A stretch of 64,000 bases of DNA. Source: Alphaproteobacteria bacterium (GTDB lineage Bacteria > Pseudomonadota > Alphaproteobacteria > MPNO01 > UBA830). A program made the position numbers and the translations under genes. The DNA is taken from NCBI GenBank assembly GCA_965243135.1, contig OZ251539.1, positions 1,888,001-1,952,000 of the forward strand, given 5' to 3'. Of the stretch, positions 52,962 to 63,165 are shown one piece after another. Below the pieces are notes generated by a model that worked only from the letters and a program-made list of their open reading frames with translations, had not been told where the DNA came from and did no database searches. How positions within the stretch are numbered: the stretch's first letter is position 1; every line of letters starts with the position of its first letter.

Positions 52962-54497
52962 TCAGGCGGGCTCGCAATCGAAGCCGACGACGTTGCGCTC
53001 CTCGCGGCTGAACTCCACCCCGATCAGGTGGACCGAACGTCCGAGACGGCGGTACTTGTCCGCATAGCCCTTCTCCCGCAGTTGCGCGAGCGCGACCCCC
53101 TCCCGTCCGCGCTCCACCACCTTGAACTCGAACAGGTAGACGCGGTCGCCGGCGCGGATCGCCATGTCGGCGCGCCCCCGGCTGCCGCTGTCCTCGGCGA
53201 CCGGCTCGAGGCCCTCCATCAGGAAGCAGCTGTGGATGACGCTCGCGTAGTGGGCCTCGTACTTCGCGACCGGGCTGCTCGCGTACCACTGGTGCGGGAT
53301 GGCGGCGAAAATGCCGCGGAACAGGGTTTCGAGACGCTTGAAGTCGTTCGCCGCCAGCAATTCGCCCAGCCGCAGGTTCTCCGTCTCCTCGCGGGCCTCG
53401 GCCGGGAGCAGTTCTTCCAGCAGGGCCTCGCCCAGGCTTTGGCGCACCTCGAGGTTCGGGTAGTCCAGCCTGTAGCGCCTGCCCTCTTCGCCGACGATGG
53501 TGAGGTAGCCGGTCTGGAACAGAAGCGCCTCGACCGAAACCCTGTCCACGTCGAAGGTCGAGAGCAGGCTCTCGCTGCCGATCATGCCGTCCAGGCGGGG
53601 AGTGGGAAGGTTGCGGCGCGCCAGCGTCTCGACCAGGAAGGTCGGCGTGCCGCTCTCGAACCAGTACGGGCGGAACTCGCGCCGCCGAAACAGCAGCAGC
53701 AGGCCGAACGGATTGTAGACCCTCTCCGGCCCGCGCCAGTTGTAGCCGTTGTACCAGCGCCGGATCTCGTCCCGGTCCAGGCCATCGAGTTCCGGGGCGA
53801 AGACCGCGTCCAGCTCCGCGTCCGTGCAGCCGCAGATATCCGAGAATTCCGGCTCCAGCGTGACGTCGATCAGGTTGTTCAGGCCCGAGAACAGGCCCGC
53901 CTTCGAGAATTTGCTCACCCCCGTCAGGAAAACGAAACGGAGCTGCTCGTCGCACTCCTTGATCATCGCGTAGAAGCCGCGCAGGAAGTCGCGGTTGGCG
54001 AGCGCCAGTTCCCGGTCGCCGAGCGCGTCCAGGATCGGCTTGTCGTATTCGTCCACCAGAACGACCGCCCGCTGCCCGGCGCGCTCGTGCAGCGTCCTTA
54101 TCAGACGCCGGAAACGGACCGCCGCCCCGGCGGGGCCCGGTTCGAGGCCGGCCAGCCGCTCCGTTTCCTCCAACTGGTCTTCCACGTTTTCCCGAACGAG
54201 GTCCGGGGAGTCGAAATTGCCCCCGCCGAAGCTGATCCGCACGACAGGATGGCGTGTCGACCAGTCCCACTTGTCGTGCACGGCGAGGCCCCGGAACAGC
54301 TCCTCGCTTCCCTCGAACAGCTTCTGCAGCGTGTCCACCAGCAGGGTCTTGCCGAAACGCCGCGGACGCGACAGGAAATAGTACTTGCCCCCTTCGACGA
54401 GGCGGCGCACATGGTCCGTCTTGTCGACGTAGTAGCAGTTCATCCCCCGGATCTCCCGGAGGGATGAAAAGCCGATCGGAAGCATGCGTTTCGCCAT
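52962..54497 (-). CDS. AAA-ATPase-like + PD-(D/E)XK nuclease protein (copy 12, intact)
   Basis: All motifs present. Confidence 0.93.
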   Translation of the reverse strand: MAKRMLPIGFSSLREIRGMNCYYVDKTDHVRRLVEGGKYYFLSRPRRFGKTLLVDTLQKLFEGSEELFRGLAVHDKWDWSTRHPVVRISFGGGNFDSPDLVRENVEDQLEETERLAGLEPGPAGAAVRFRRLIRTLHERAGQRAVVLVDEYDKPILDALGDRELALANRDFLRGFYAMIKECDEQLRFVFLTGVSKFSKAGLFSGLNNLIDVTLEPEFSDICGCTDAELDAVFAPELDGLDRDEIRRWYNGYNWRGPERVYNPFGLLLLFRRREFRPYWFESGTPTFLVETLARRNLPTPRLDGMIGSESLLSTFDVDRVSVEALLFQTGYLTIVGEEGRRYRLDYPNLEVRQSLGEALLEELLPAEAREETENLRLGELLAANDFKRLETLFRGIFAAIPHQWYASSPVAKYEAHYASVIHSCFLMEGLEPVAEDSGSRGRADMAIRAGDRVYLFEFKVVERGREGVALAQLREKGYADKYRRLGRSVHLIGVEFSREERNVVGFDCEPA

Positions 54498-54598
54498 CGG
54501 AAGAGAGTAGGCCGCCGCGCCGGAGCCGTCAAGAAGTCGGCGGCGGGGGTGAGCAGGCCATGAGCGTTTGGTACCGGACATATCGTCTGTTACTGACA

Positions 54599-54963
54599 GC
54601 CCTGAAGGCAACCCCAGATGCCGAGGACCTCAAGAACCGGACGGCCGTCTTCAGCGCGCCGCCGCCATCGTCATCGGCTGGCGGATTCGGACCCGTCTCG
54701 GACGGGAACTGCCCGACTTGCCGCCCGAGATCCTGTTCTCGGACGTCGAACTCCGGGTGCTGGCGCTGTTCGCCAAATCTTGCGGCGCCGCCGAAAAACC
54801 TCGGAGACGCCGTCTTCCTGGTCGCCCGCCTCGGAGGGTATTTCAAGCGCAAGCGGGACCCGCCAGGCGCGGAAGTGATGTGGAACGGCTACGCCCAACC
54901 CGCCGCCAAGGCGCATTTCCGGGAACTTGAGGACGATAGTTCAGCAAAATGGGGCACAGGCAG
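54599..54963 (+). mobile_element. IS4-family (IS50/Tn5-like) transposase 3' remnant
   Basis: RLQRAAAIVIGWRI..LGRELPDLPPEILFSDVELRVL, LGDAVFLVARLGGYFKRKRDPPGAEVMWNGY. Confidence 0.8.
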
Positions 54964-55648
54964 CGCTCGGCTTCGCACGCGCGCCGACAAGGCTGTCGCC
55001 GGGCTGCAGCAGCCTGTGCGCCGGCCCGGCCACGCAGGTTCGCGGCGCGGGACAGGACAAACAGCGGTCGTCGGCCCGGCCACGGGGCAGAGGGGGATTT
55101 TTTCGCTGCGGCGGGGCGTTCGCCGCAGGGAGGGCGTAGCCCGACCGGAGGCGAACGCCCCGCCGCCCCGGCACCTCGACTCACCGGCCAACCCATCCCC
55201 ATACTGCCTTGGCGACAGGGATTGCCGACCGCCGGTATTGCGCTTCGGAGTTGATAGCGGGCCTATTTTCCAAGGGCCATAGCGGGAATTGCCGGTCGGT
55301 CAGCCACCATGCGCGTTGCGCTTCAAACTTGAAGGGGCGCTCCTCGGCGTCGAGTTCCTCCCTGAGCTCCCGGGCCCGGCGTCTCTCCGCCGCCGGCCGT
55401 CGGGGAATTCCTTGCCCTGCGGCCGCCGCGACGACGAGAACGACCGGCTCTCCAGCCCTGCGGCGCGGAACCCGGAGACGCGCCCGACCCGCGAAGCCTG
55501 CCGGCGCGCGAGCGCCTGCAAGGAGACGCCGTCGGCCACGGCCTCCTCGCCGGGCGGCCCGTCAAGCCGCGCGACGAACCGGCGGAACCGGCTGCCGCCG
55601 CAGGCCGAGCGGCGTTCTTTCGCGGAGGCGGCCGTGACGGGAAGCCGT

Positions 55649-57184
55649 TCAGGCGGCCTCGCAATCGAACCCGACGACGTTGCGCTCCGCCCGGCTGAAC
55701 TCCACCCCGATCAGGTGGACCGAACGCCCGAGACGGCGGTACTTGTCCGCATATCCCTTCTCCCGCAGTTGCGCGAGCGCGACCCCCTCCCGTCCGCGCT
55801 CCACCACCTTGAACTCGAACAGGTAGACGCGGTCGCCGGCGCGGATCGCCATGTCGGCGCGCCCCCGGCTGCCGCTGTCCTCCGCGACCGGCTCGAGGCC
55901 CTCCATCAGGAAGCAGCTGTGGATGACGCTCGCGTAGTGGGCCTCGTACTTCGCGACCGGGCTGCTCGCGTACCACTGGTGCGGGATGGCGGCGAAAATG
56001 CCGCGGAACAGGGTTTCGAGACGCTTGAAGTCGTTAGCCGCCAGCAATTCGCCCAGCCGCAGGTTCTCCGTCTCCTCGCGGGCCTCGGCCGGGAGCAGTT
56101 CTTCCAGCAGGGCCTCGCCCAGGCTTTGGCGCACCTCGAGGTTCGGGTAGTCCAGCCGGTAGCGCCTGCCCTCTTCGCCGACGATGGTGAGGTAGCCGGT
56201 CTGGAACAGAAGCGCCTCGACCGAAACCCTGTCCACGTCGAAGGTCGAGAGCAGGCTCTCGCTGCCGATCATGCCGTCCAGGCGGGGAGTGGGCAGGTTG
56301 CGGCGCGCCAGCGTCTCGACCAGGAAGGTCGGCGTGCCGCTCTCGAACCAGTACGGGCGGAACTCGCGCCGCCGAAACAGCAGCAGCAGGCCGAACGGAT
56401 TGTAGACCCTCTCCGGCCCGCGCCAGTTGTAGCCGTTGTACCAGCGGCGGACCTCGTCCCGGTCCAGGCCCTCGAGTTCCGGGGCGAAGACCGCGTCCAG
56501 TTCCGCGTCCGTGCAACCGCAGATGTCCGAGAACTCCGGCTCCAGCGTGACGTCGATCAGGTTGTTCAGGCCCGAGAACAGGCCCGCCTTCGAGAATTTG
56601 CTCACCCCCGTCAGGAAAACGAAACGGAGATGCCTGTCGCAGGCCTTGATCACCCCGTACAGGCTGCGCAGGAAGTCGCGGTTGGCCCGCGCCAGTTCCC
56701 GGTCGCCGAGCGCGTCCAGGATCGGCTTGTCGTACTCGTCCACCAGAACCACCGCCCGCTGCCCGGTGCGCTCGTGCAGGTCCGCGATCAGTTCCCGGAA
56801 GCGGACCGAAACTCTGGCGCTCCCCAGCTCGATGCCGGCCCGCCTCTCCGCCGCCTTCAGTTGCGATTCCGTTTCTTCCCGAACTCCGTCCGGGTCGCCG
56901 AAATCGCCCCCGCCGAAATCCAGCCGCACGACAGGATGACGTATCGACCAGTCCCACCTGCCGTGCACGGCGAGGCCCCGGAACAGCTCCTCGCTTCCCT
57001 CGAACAACTCCTGCAGCGTGTCCACCAGCAGGCTCTTGCCGAACCGGCGCGGACGCGACAGGAAATAGTACTTGCCTCTCTCGACGAGGCGGCGCGCATG
57101 GTCCGTCTTGTCGACGTAGTAGCAGTCCATCCCCCGGATCTCCCGGAGGGAAGAAAAGCCGATCGGAAGCATGCGTTTCGTCAT
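55649..57184 (-). CDS. AAA-ATPase-like + PD-(D/E)XK nuclease protein (copy 13, intact)
   Basis: Start MTKRMLPIGFSS at 57184 behind the conserved promoter. Confidence 0.92.
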   Translation of the reverse strand: MTKRMLPIGFSSLREIRGMDCYYVDKTDHARRLVERGKYYFLSRPRRFGKSLLVDTLQELFEGSEELFRGLAVHGRWDWSIRHPVVRLDFGGGDFGDPDGVREETESQLKAAERRAGIELGSARVSVRFRELIADLHERTGQRAVVLVDEYDKPILDALGDRELARANRDFLRSLYGVIKACDRHLRFVFLTGVSKFSKAGLFSGLNNLIDVTLEPEFSDICGCTDAELDAVFAPELEGLDRDEVRRWYNGYNWRGPERVYNPFGLLLLFRRREFRPYWFESGTPTFLVETLARRNLPTPRLDGMIGSESLLSTFDVDRVSVEALLFQTGYLTIVGEEGRRYRLDYPNLEVRQSLGEALLEELLPAEAREETENLRLGELLAANDFKRLETLFRGIFAAIPHQWYASSPVAKYEAHYASVIHSCFLMEGLEPVAEDSGSRGRADMAIRAGDRVYLFEFKVVERGREGVALAQLREKGYADKYRRLGRSVHLIGVEFSRAERNVVGFDCEAA

Positions 57185-57452
57185 CCGAAGAGAGTAGGCC
57201 GCCGCGCCGGAGCCGTCAAGAAGTCGGCGGCGGCAGGCCTGTCTGCGTCCCCTGGCGCGGCAAGTAGCCGGCAGTTTCCGCGGCGGCCCGGGCGGGCGGC
57301 GGGGAAAAGCGCGGAGGCGAGCGAACCTGTCGCTCCGCGGAAGCTCCGCTGAGGCGAGCGCGTTCGACGCGCTCAACGCACGGCCTGGAGGCCGCGGGCG
57401 GAAGCGAGCGCTGCCGCCGGGCAGCGCAAGGTTGGCGGACTTGCGGCGGCGA

Positions 57453-58325
57453 CTCAAGCCGCCGCCACGGCGCGCCTTTCCGGCACCAGCAGGGCAAAAA
57501 CTCCGGCGACCGCGGCAAGCGCGACCCACCACAGTCCGTCTCGCGGTCGAAGATCCCCCAGCAAGACCCCGGTCGCCGCGTCCAGGGAATGGCCGCCGAA
57601 CAGCAGCCCGAGCGTGAGGCCCGCAAGCCGCGTCGCGACGATGTTGGCGATCACCGGGAAGGTGGCGAAGTTGAGAACCCCGAAGAGGGCCGCGAAGAGG
57701 AACAGGACGACGCCGGCGAGATTGCCCGTGAACCCCGTAGGCACCCTCGACGAGGGTGAAGCCCCAGGTCAGGGCGTAGGGAATGAAGTACACGTCGATT
57801 ATCCCGGCCGTCGTGAAGCCGCACAGCGCGAAGGCGGCGAGCAGCAGCGGAAAGGTCCGTTCCCGGAACAGGGATTTCAGGCGGTCGGGCAGGGAACCGT
57901 CGTCGGCCGCGGCGGCAGGCGTCGGCGGGTTGCGGCGGCCTGAAATGAAGGAGGACCAGCAGGGAGAGCGCCGCCGCGCCCAGGCAGGAAGTCCGCCAGC
58001 CGAGCGACGCGACGCCCGGAAGCGACAGGACCGGAAGCTGTCGCCGCGCCGGAAACGGCGACGCCAGTCCGCGCCTGCGCGCGAAGTAGCGGGAAACCGC
58101 GGCCGTGACCAGCGGCAGCGAAACGGCCGCCCGCCCGCCCACGAGCCCGAACGGAAGGTAGGCGGTTCCGCGGCGAAGACGGTGCCGCCGGCAGCGAGGG
58201 CGCCCGCCTGCGCTCCCGTCCACCTGCCGGGAGAACCATGCTCACGGACGACCGCGCGCCGAAAGTAAAGGCCAGCGCGACGAAGCAGGTTGCGACGACG
58301 GCCGGCGCGCGTCTCGCCGGTCACC
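57453..58325 (-). pseudogene. MFS transporter remnant
   Basis: FALCGFTTAGIIDVYFIPYALT, GVLNFATFPVIANIV in broken frames. Confidence 0.8.
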
Positions 58326-58545
58326 GGAGTCGCGCGCCGAGCCGCCCGGCGCGGAACCCGGAGACGCGCCCGAGCCGCGAAGCCTGCCGGCGCGCGAGCG
58401 CCTGCAGGGAACCGTCGTCGGCCGCGGCGGCCTCCTCGGCCGGGCGGCCCGTCCAGCCGCGCGACGAACCGGCGGAACCGGCTGCCGTCGCGGGCCGAAC
58501 CGCGGGCTGCGTTCTTTCGCGGAGGCGGCCGTGACGGGAAGCCGT

Positions 58546-60081
58546 TCAGGCGGGCTCGCAATCGAAGCCGACGACGTTGCGCTCCTCGCGGCTGAACTCC
58601 ACCCCGATCAGGTGGACCGAACGCCCGAGACGGCGGTACTTGTCCGCATAGCCCTTCTCCCGCAGCTGCGCGAGCGCGGTCCCCTCCCGTCCGCGCTCCA
58701 CCACCTTGAACTCGAACAGGTAGACGCCGCCGCCGGCGCGGATCGCCATGTCGGCGCGCCCCCGGCTGCCGCTGTCCTCGGCCACCGGCTCGAAGCCCTC
58801 CATCAGGAAGCAGCTGTGGATGACGCTCGCGTAGTGGGCCTCGTACTTCGCGACGGGGCTGTTCATGTACCACTGGTGCGGGATGGCGGCGAAGACGCCG
58901 CGGAACAGGGTCTCGACGCGCTTGAAGTCGTTCGCCGCCAGCAATTCGCCCAGCCGCAGGTTCTCCGTCTCCTCGCGGGCCTCGTCCGGGAGCAGTTCTT
59001 CCAGCAAGGCCTCGCCCAGGCTCCGGCGCACCTCGAGGTTCGGGTAGTCCAGCCGGTAGCGCCCGTCCTCCTCGCCGGCGATGGTGAGGTAGCCGGTCTG
59101 GAACAGAAGCGCCTGGACCGACATCCTGTCCACGTCGAAGGTCGAGAGCAGGCTCTCGCTGCCGATCATGCCGTCCAGGCGGGGAGTGGGCAGGTTGCGG
59201 CGCGCCAGCGTCTCGATCAGGAAGGTCGGCGTGCCGCTCTCGAACCAGTAGTTGCCGAACCTGCGCTCGGCGAACAGCAGCAGGAGGCCGAACGGGTTGT
59301 AGAGCTTCTCCGGCCCGCGCCAGTTGTAGCCGTTGTACCAGCGGCGGATCTCGTCCCGGTCCAGGCCCTCGAGTTCCGGGGCGAAGACCGCGTCCAGCTC
59401 CGCGTCCGTGCAGCCGCAGATGTCCGAGAACTCCGGCGCCAGCGTGATGTCGCGCAGGTTGTTCAGGCCCGAGAACAGGCCCGCCTTCGAGAATTTGCTC
59501 ACTCCCGTCAGGAAAACGAAACGGAGATGCCTGTCGCACTCCTTGATCACCCCGTACAGGCTGCGCAGGAAGTCCCGGTTGGCCCGCGCCAGCTCCCGGT
59601 CGCCGAGCGCGTCCAGGATCGGCTTGTCGTATTCGTCCACCAGAACCACCGCCCGCTGCCCGGTGCGTTCGTGCAGGTCCGCGATCAGTTCCCGGAAGCG
59701 GACCGAAACTCTGGCGCCGCCCGGCTCGATGCCGGCCCGCCTCTCCGTCGCCTTCAGTTGCGATTCCGTTTCTTCCCGAACTCCGTCCGGGTCGCCGAAA
59801 TCGCCCCCGCCGAAGCCGATCCGCACGACCGGATAGCGCGTCGACCAGTCCCACTTGCCGTGCACGGCGAGGCCCCGGAACAACTCCTCGCTTCCCTCGA
59901 ACAACTCCTGCAGCGTGTCCACCAGCAGGGTCTTGCCGAACCGGCGCGGACGCGACAGGAAATAGTACTTGCCTCTCTCGACGAGGCGGCGCGCATGGTC
60001 CGTCTTGTCGACGTAGTAGCAGTCCATCCCCCGGATCTCCCGGAGGGAAGAAAAGCCGATCGGAAGCATGCGTTTCGCCAT
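58546..60081 (-). CDS. AAA-ATPase-like + PD-(D/E)XK nuclease protein (copy 14, intact)
   Basis: All motifs present. Confidence 0.93.
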   Translation of the reverse strand: MAKRMLPIGFSSLREIRGMDCYYVDKTDHARRLVERGKYYFLSRPRRFGKTLLVDTLQELFEGSEELFRGLAVHGKWDWSTRYPVVRIGFGGGDFGDPDGVREETESQLKATERRAGIEPGGARVSVRFRELIADLHERTGQRAVVLVDEYDKPILDALGDRELARANRDFLRSLYGVIKECDRHLRFVFLTGVSKFSKAGLFSGLNNLRDITLAPEFSDICGCTDAELDAVFAPELEGLDRDEIRRWYNGYNWRGPEKLYNPFGLLLLFAERRFGNYWFESGTPTFLIETLARRNLPTPRLDGMIGSESLLSTFDVDRMSVQALLFQTGYLTIAGEEDGRYRLDYPNLEVRRSLGEALLEELLPDEAREETENLRLGELLAANDFKRVETLFRGVFAAIPHQWYMNSPVAKYEAHYASVIHSCFLMEGFEPVAEDSGSRGRADMAIRAGGGVYLFEFKVVERGREGTALAQLREKGYADKYRRLGRSVHLIGVEFSREERNVVGFDCEPA

Positions 60082-60349
60082 CGGAAGAGAGTAGGCCGCC
60101 GCGCCGGAGCCGTCAAGAAGTCGGCGGCGGCAGGCCTGTCCGCGTCCCCTGGCGCGGCAAGCAGCCGACAGTTTCCGCCGCGGCCCGGGCGGGCGGCGGG
60201 GAAAAGCGCGGAGGCGAGCGAACCTGTCGCTCCGCGGAAGCTCCGCTGAGGCGAGCGCGTTCGACGCGCTCAACGCACGGCCTGGAGGCCGCGGGCGGAA
60301 GCGAGCGCTGCCGCCGGGCAGCGCAAGGTTGGCGGACTTGCTGCGGCGA

Positions 60350-61265
60350 CTCAAGCCGCCGCCACGGCGCGCCTTTCCGGCACCAGCAGGGCAAAAACTC
60401 CGGCGACCGCGGCAAGCGCGACCCACCACAGTCCGTCTCGCGGTCGAAGATCCCCCAGCAAGACCCCGGTCGCCGCGCCCAGGGAATGGCCGCCGAACAG
60501 CAGCCCGAGGCCCCGCAAGCCGCGTCGCGACGATGTTGGCGATCACCGGGAAGGTGGCGAAGTTGAGAACCCCGAAGAGGGCCGCGGAGAGGAACAGGAC
60601 GACGCCGGCGAGATTGCCCGTGAACCCCGTAGGCACCCTCGACGAGGGTGAAGCCCCAGGTCAGGGCGTAGGGAATGAAGTACACGTCGATTATCCCGGC
60701 CGTCGTGAAGCCGCACAGCGCGAAGGCGGCGAGCAGCAGCGGAAAGGTCCGTTCCCGGAACAGGGATTTCAGGCGGTCGGGCAGGGAACCGTCGTCGGCC
60801 GCGGCGGCAGGCGTCGGCGGGTTGCGGCGGCCTGAAATGAAGGAGGACCAGCAGGGAGAGCGCCGCCGCGCCCAGGCAGGAAGTCCGCCAGCCGAGCGAC
60901 GCGACGCCCGGAAGCGACAGGACCGGAAGCTGTCGCCGCGCCGGAAACGGCGACGCCAGTCCGCGCCTGCGCGCGAAGTAGCGGGAAACCGCGGCCGTGA
61001 CCAGCGGCAGCGAAACGGCCGCCCGCCCGCCCACGAGCCCGAACGGAAGGTAGGCGGTTCCGCGGCGAAGGCGGTGCCGCCGGCAGCGAGGGCGCCCGCG
61101 GCGAGCTGCGCTCCGTAGCGGTCCCTGCCCGCCGCCGGCGACCCGACGGCCACCCAGGGAGGCGCCCGCCTGCCTCCCGTCCACCTGCCGGGAGAACCAT
61201 GCTCACGGACGACCGCGCGCCGAAAGTAAAGGCCAGCGCGACGAAGCAGGTTGCGACGACGGCCG
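60350..61265 (-). pseudogene. MFS transporter remnant (near-duplicate of 57453-58325)
   Basis: VVATCFVALAFTFGARSSVSMVLP and downstream pieces. Confidence 0.8.
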
Positions 61266-61421
61266 GCGCGCGAGCGCCTGCAGGGAACCGTCGTCGGCCG
61301 CGGCGGCCTCCTCGGCCGGGCGGCCCGTCCAGCCGCGCGACGAACCGGCGGAACCGGCTGCCGTCGCGGGCCGAACCGCGGGCTGCGTTCTTTCGCGGAG
61401 GCGGCCGTGACGGGAAGCCGT

Positions 61422-62957
61422 TCAGGCGGGCTCGCAATCGAAGCCGACGACGTTGCGCTCCTCGCGGCTGAACTCCACCCCGATCAGGTGGACCGAACGC
61501 CCGAGACGGCGGTACTTGTCCGCATAGCCCTTCTCCCGCAGCTGCGCGAGCGCGGTCCCCTCCCGTCCGCGCTCCACCACCTTGAACTCGAACAGGTAGA
61601 CGCCGCCGCCGGCGCGGATCGCCATGTCGGCGCGCCCCCGGCTGCCGCTGTCCTCGGCCACCGGCTCGAAGCCCTCCATCAGGAAGCAGCTGTGGATGAC
61701 GCTCGCGTAGTGGGCCTCGTACTTCGCGACGGGGCTGTTCATGTACCACTGGTGCGGGATGGCGGCGAAGACGCCGCGGAACAGGGTCTCGACGCGCTTG
61801 AAGTCGTTCGCCGCCAGCAATTCGCCCAGCCGCAGGTTCTCCGTCTCCTCGCGGGCCTCGGCCGGAAGCAGTTCTTCCAGCAAGGCCTCGCCCAGGCTCT
61901 GGCGCACCTCGAGGTTCGGGTAGTCCAGCCGGTAGCGCCCGTCCTCCTCGCCGGCGATGGTGAGGTAGCCGGTCTGGAACAGAAGCGCCTGGACCGACAT
62001 CCTGTCCACGTCGAAGGTCGAGAGCAGGCTCTCGCTGCCGATCATGCCGTCCAGGCGGGGAGTGGGCAGGTTGCGGCGCGCCAGCGTCTCGATCAGGAAG
62101 GTCGGCGTGCCGCTCTCGAACCAGTAGTTGCCGAACCTGCGCTCGGCGAACAGCAGCAGGAGGCCGAACGGGTTGTAGAGCCTCTCCGGCCCGCGCCAGT
62201 TGTAGCCGTTGTACCAGCGCCGGATCTCGTCCCGGTCCAGGCCCTCGAGTTCCGGGGCGAAGACCGCGTCCAGTTCCGCGTCCGTGCAGCCGCAGATGTC
62301 CGAGAACTCCGGCACAAGCGTGATGTCGCGCAGGTTGTTCAGGCCCGAGAACAGGCCCGCCTTCGAGAATTTGCTCACCCCCGTCAGAAAAACGAAACGG
62401 AGCTGCTCGTCGCAGTCCTTGATCACCCCGTACAGGTCGCGCAGGAAGCCGCGGTTGGCCAGCGCCAGTTCCCGGTCGCCGAGCGCGTCCAGGATCGGCT
62501 TGTCGTATTCGTCCACCAGCACGACCGCCCGCTGCCCGGTGCGCTCGTGCAGTTCGGAGATCAGATGGTGAAGGCGGTCGGAGGCGTCCGGGTAGCCGCA
62601 TTGGACGCCGGCGCGCTTTTCGGCGGCGTCGAGCTGCATCATCGCGTTCCTGTGCAGCCGGTCGGGGACGACGAAATTGCGCCCGCCGAAGCTGAGTCGC
62701 ACGACCGGATGGCGCATCGACCAGTCCCACCTGCCGTGCACGGCGAGGCCCCGGAACAGCTCCTCGCTTCCCTCGAACAGCTTCTGCAGCGTGTCCACGA
62801 GGAGGGTCTTGCCGAACCGGCGCGGACGCGACAGGAAATAGTACTTGCCCCCTTCGACGAGGCGGCGCACATGGTCCGTCTTGTCGACGTAGTAGCAGTT
62901 CATCCCCCGGATCTCCCGGAGGGAGGAAAAGCCGATCGGAAGCATGCGTTTCGTCAT
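61422..62957 (-). CDS. AAA-ATPase-like + PD-(D/E)XK nuclease protein (copy 15, intact, unique variable block)
   Basis: All motifs; block GGRNFVVPDRLHRNAMMQLDAAEKRAGVQCGYPDASDRLHHLISEL. Confidence 0.93.
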   Translation of the reverse strand: MTKRMLPIGFSSLREIRGMNCYYVDKTDHVRRLVEGGKYYFLSRPRRFGKTLLVDTLQKLFEGSEELFRGLAVHGRWDWSMRHPVVRLSFGGRNFVVPDRLHRNAMMQLDAAEKRAGVQCGYPDASDRLHHLISELHERTGQRAVVLVDEYDKPILDALGDRELALANRGFLRDLYGVIKDCDEQLRFVFLTGVSKFSKAGLFSGLNNLRDITLVPEFSDICGCTDAELDAVFAPELEGLDRDEIRRWYNGYNWRGPERLYNPFGLLLLFAERRFGNYWFESGTPTFLIETLARRNLPTPRLDGMIGSESLLSTFDVDRMSVQALLFQTGYLTIAGEEDGRYRLDYPNLEVRQSLGEALLEELLPAEAREETENLRLGELLAANDFKRVETLFRGVFAAIPHQWYMNSPVAKYEAHYASVIHSCFLMEGFEPVAEDSGSRGRADMAIRAGGGVYLFEFKVVERGREGTALAQLREKGYADKYRRLGRSVHLIGVEFSREERNVVGFDCEPA

Positions 62958-63165
62958 TCGAAGAGAGTAGGCCGCCGCGCCGGAGCCGTCAAGAAGTCGG
63001 CGGCGGCAGGCCTGTCCGGGTCCCCTGGCGCGGCAAGCAGTCGGCAGTTTCCGCGGCGGCACGGGCGGCCCGTCAAGCCGCGCGACGAACCGGCGGAACC
63101 AGCTGCCGCCGCAGGCCGAACCCGCGTGGCGTTCTTTTGCGGAGGCGGCCGTGACGGGAAGCCGT

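Noticed and set aside
55649-59854. 1401-aa ORF suggesting a giant fusion
   Set aside because: Chance read-through of an alternative frame of copy 14 and MFS debris into copy 13, which has its own promoter and ATG at 57184.
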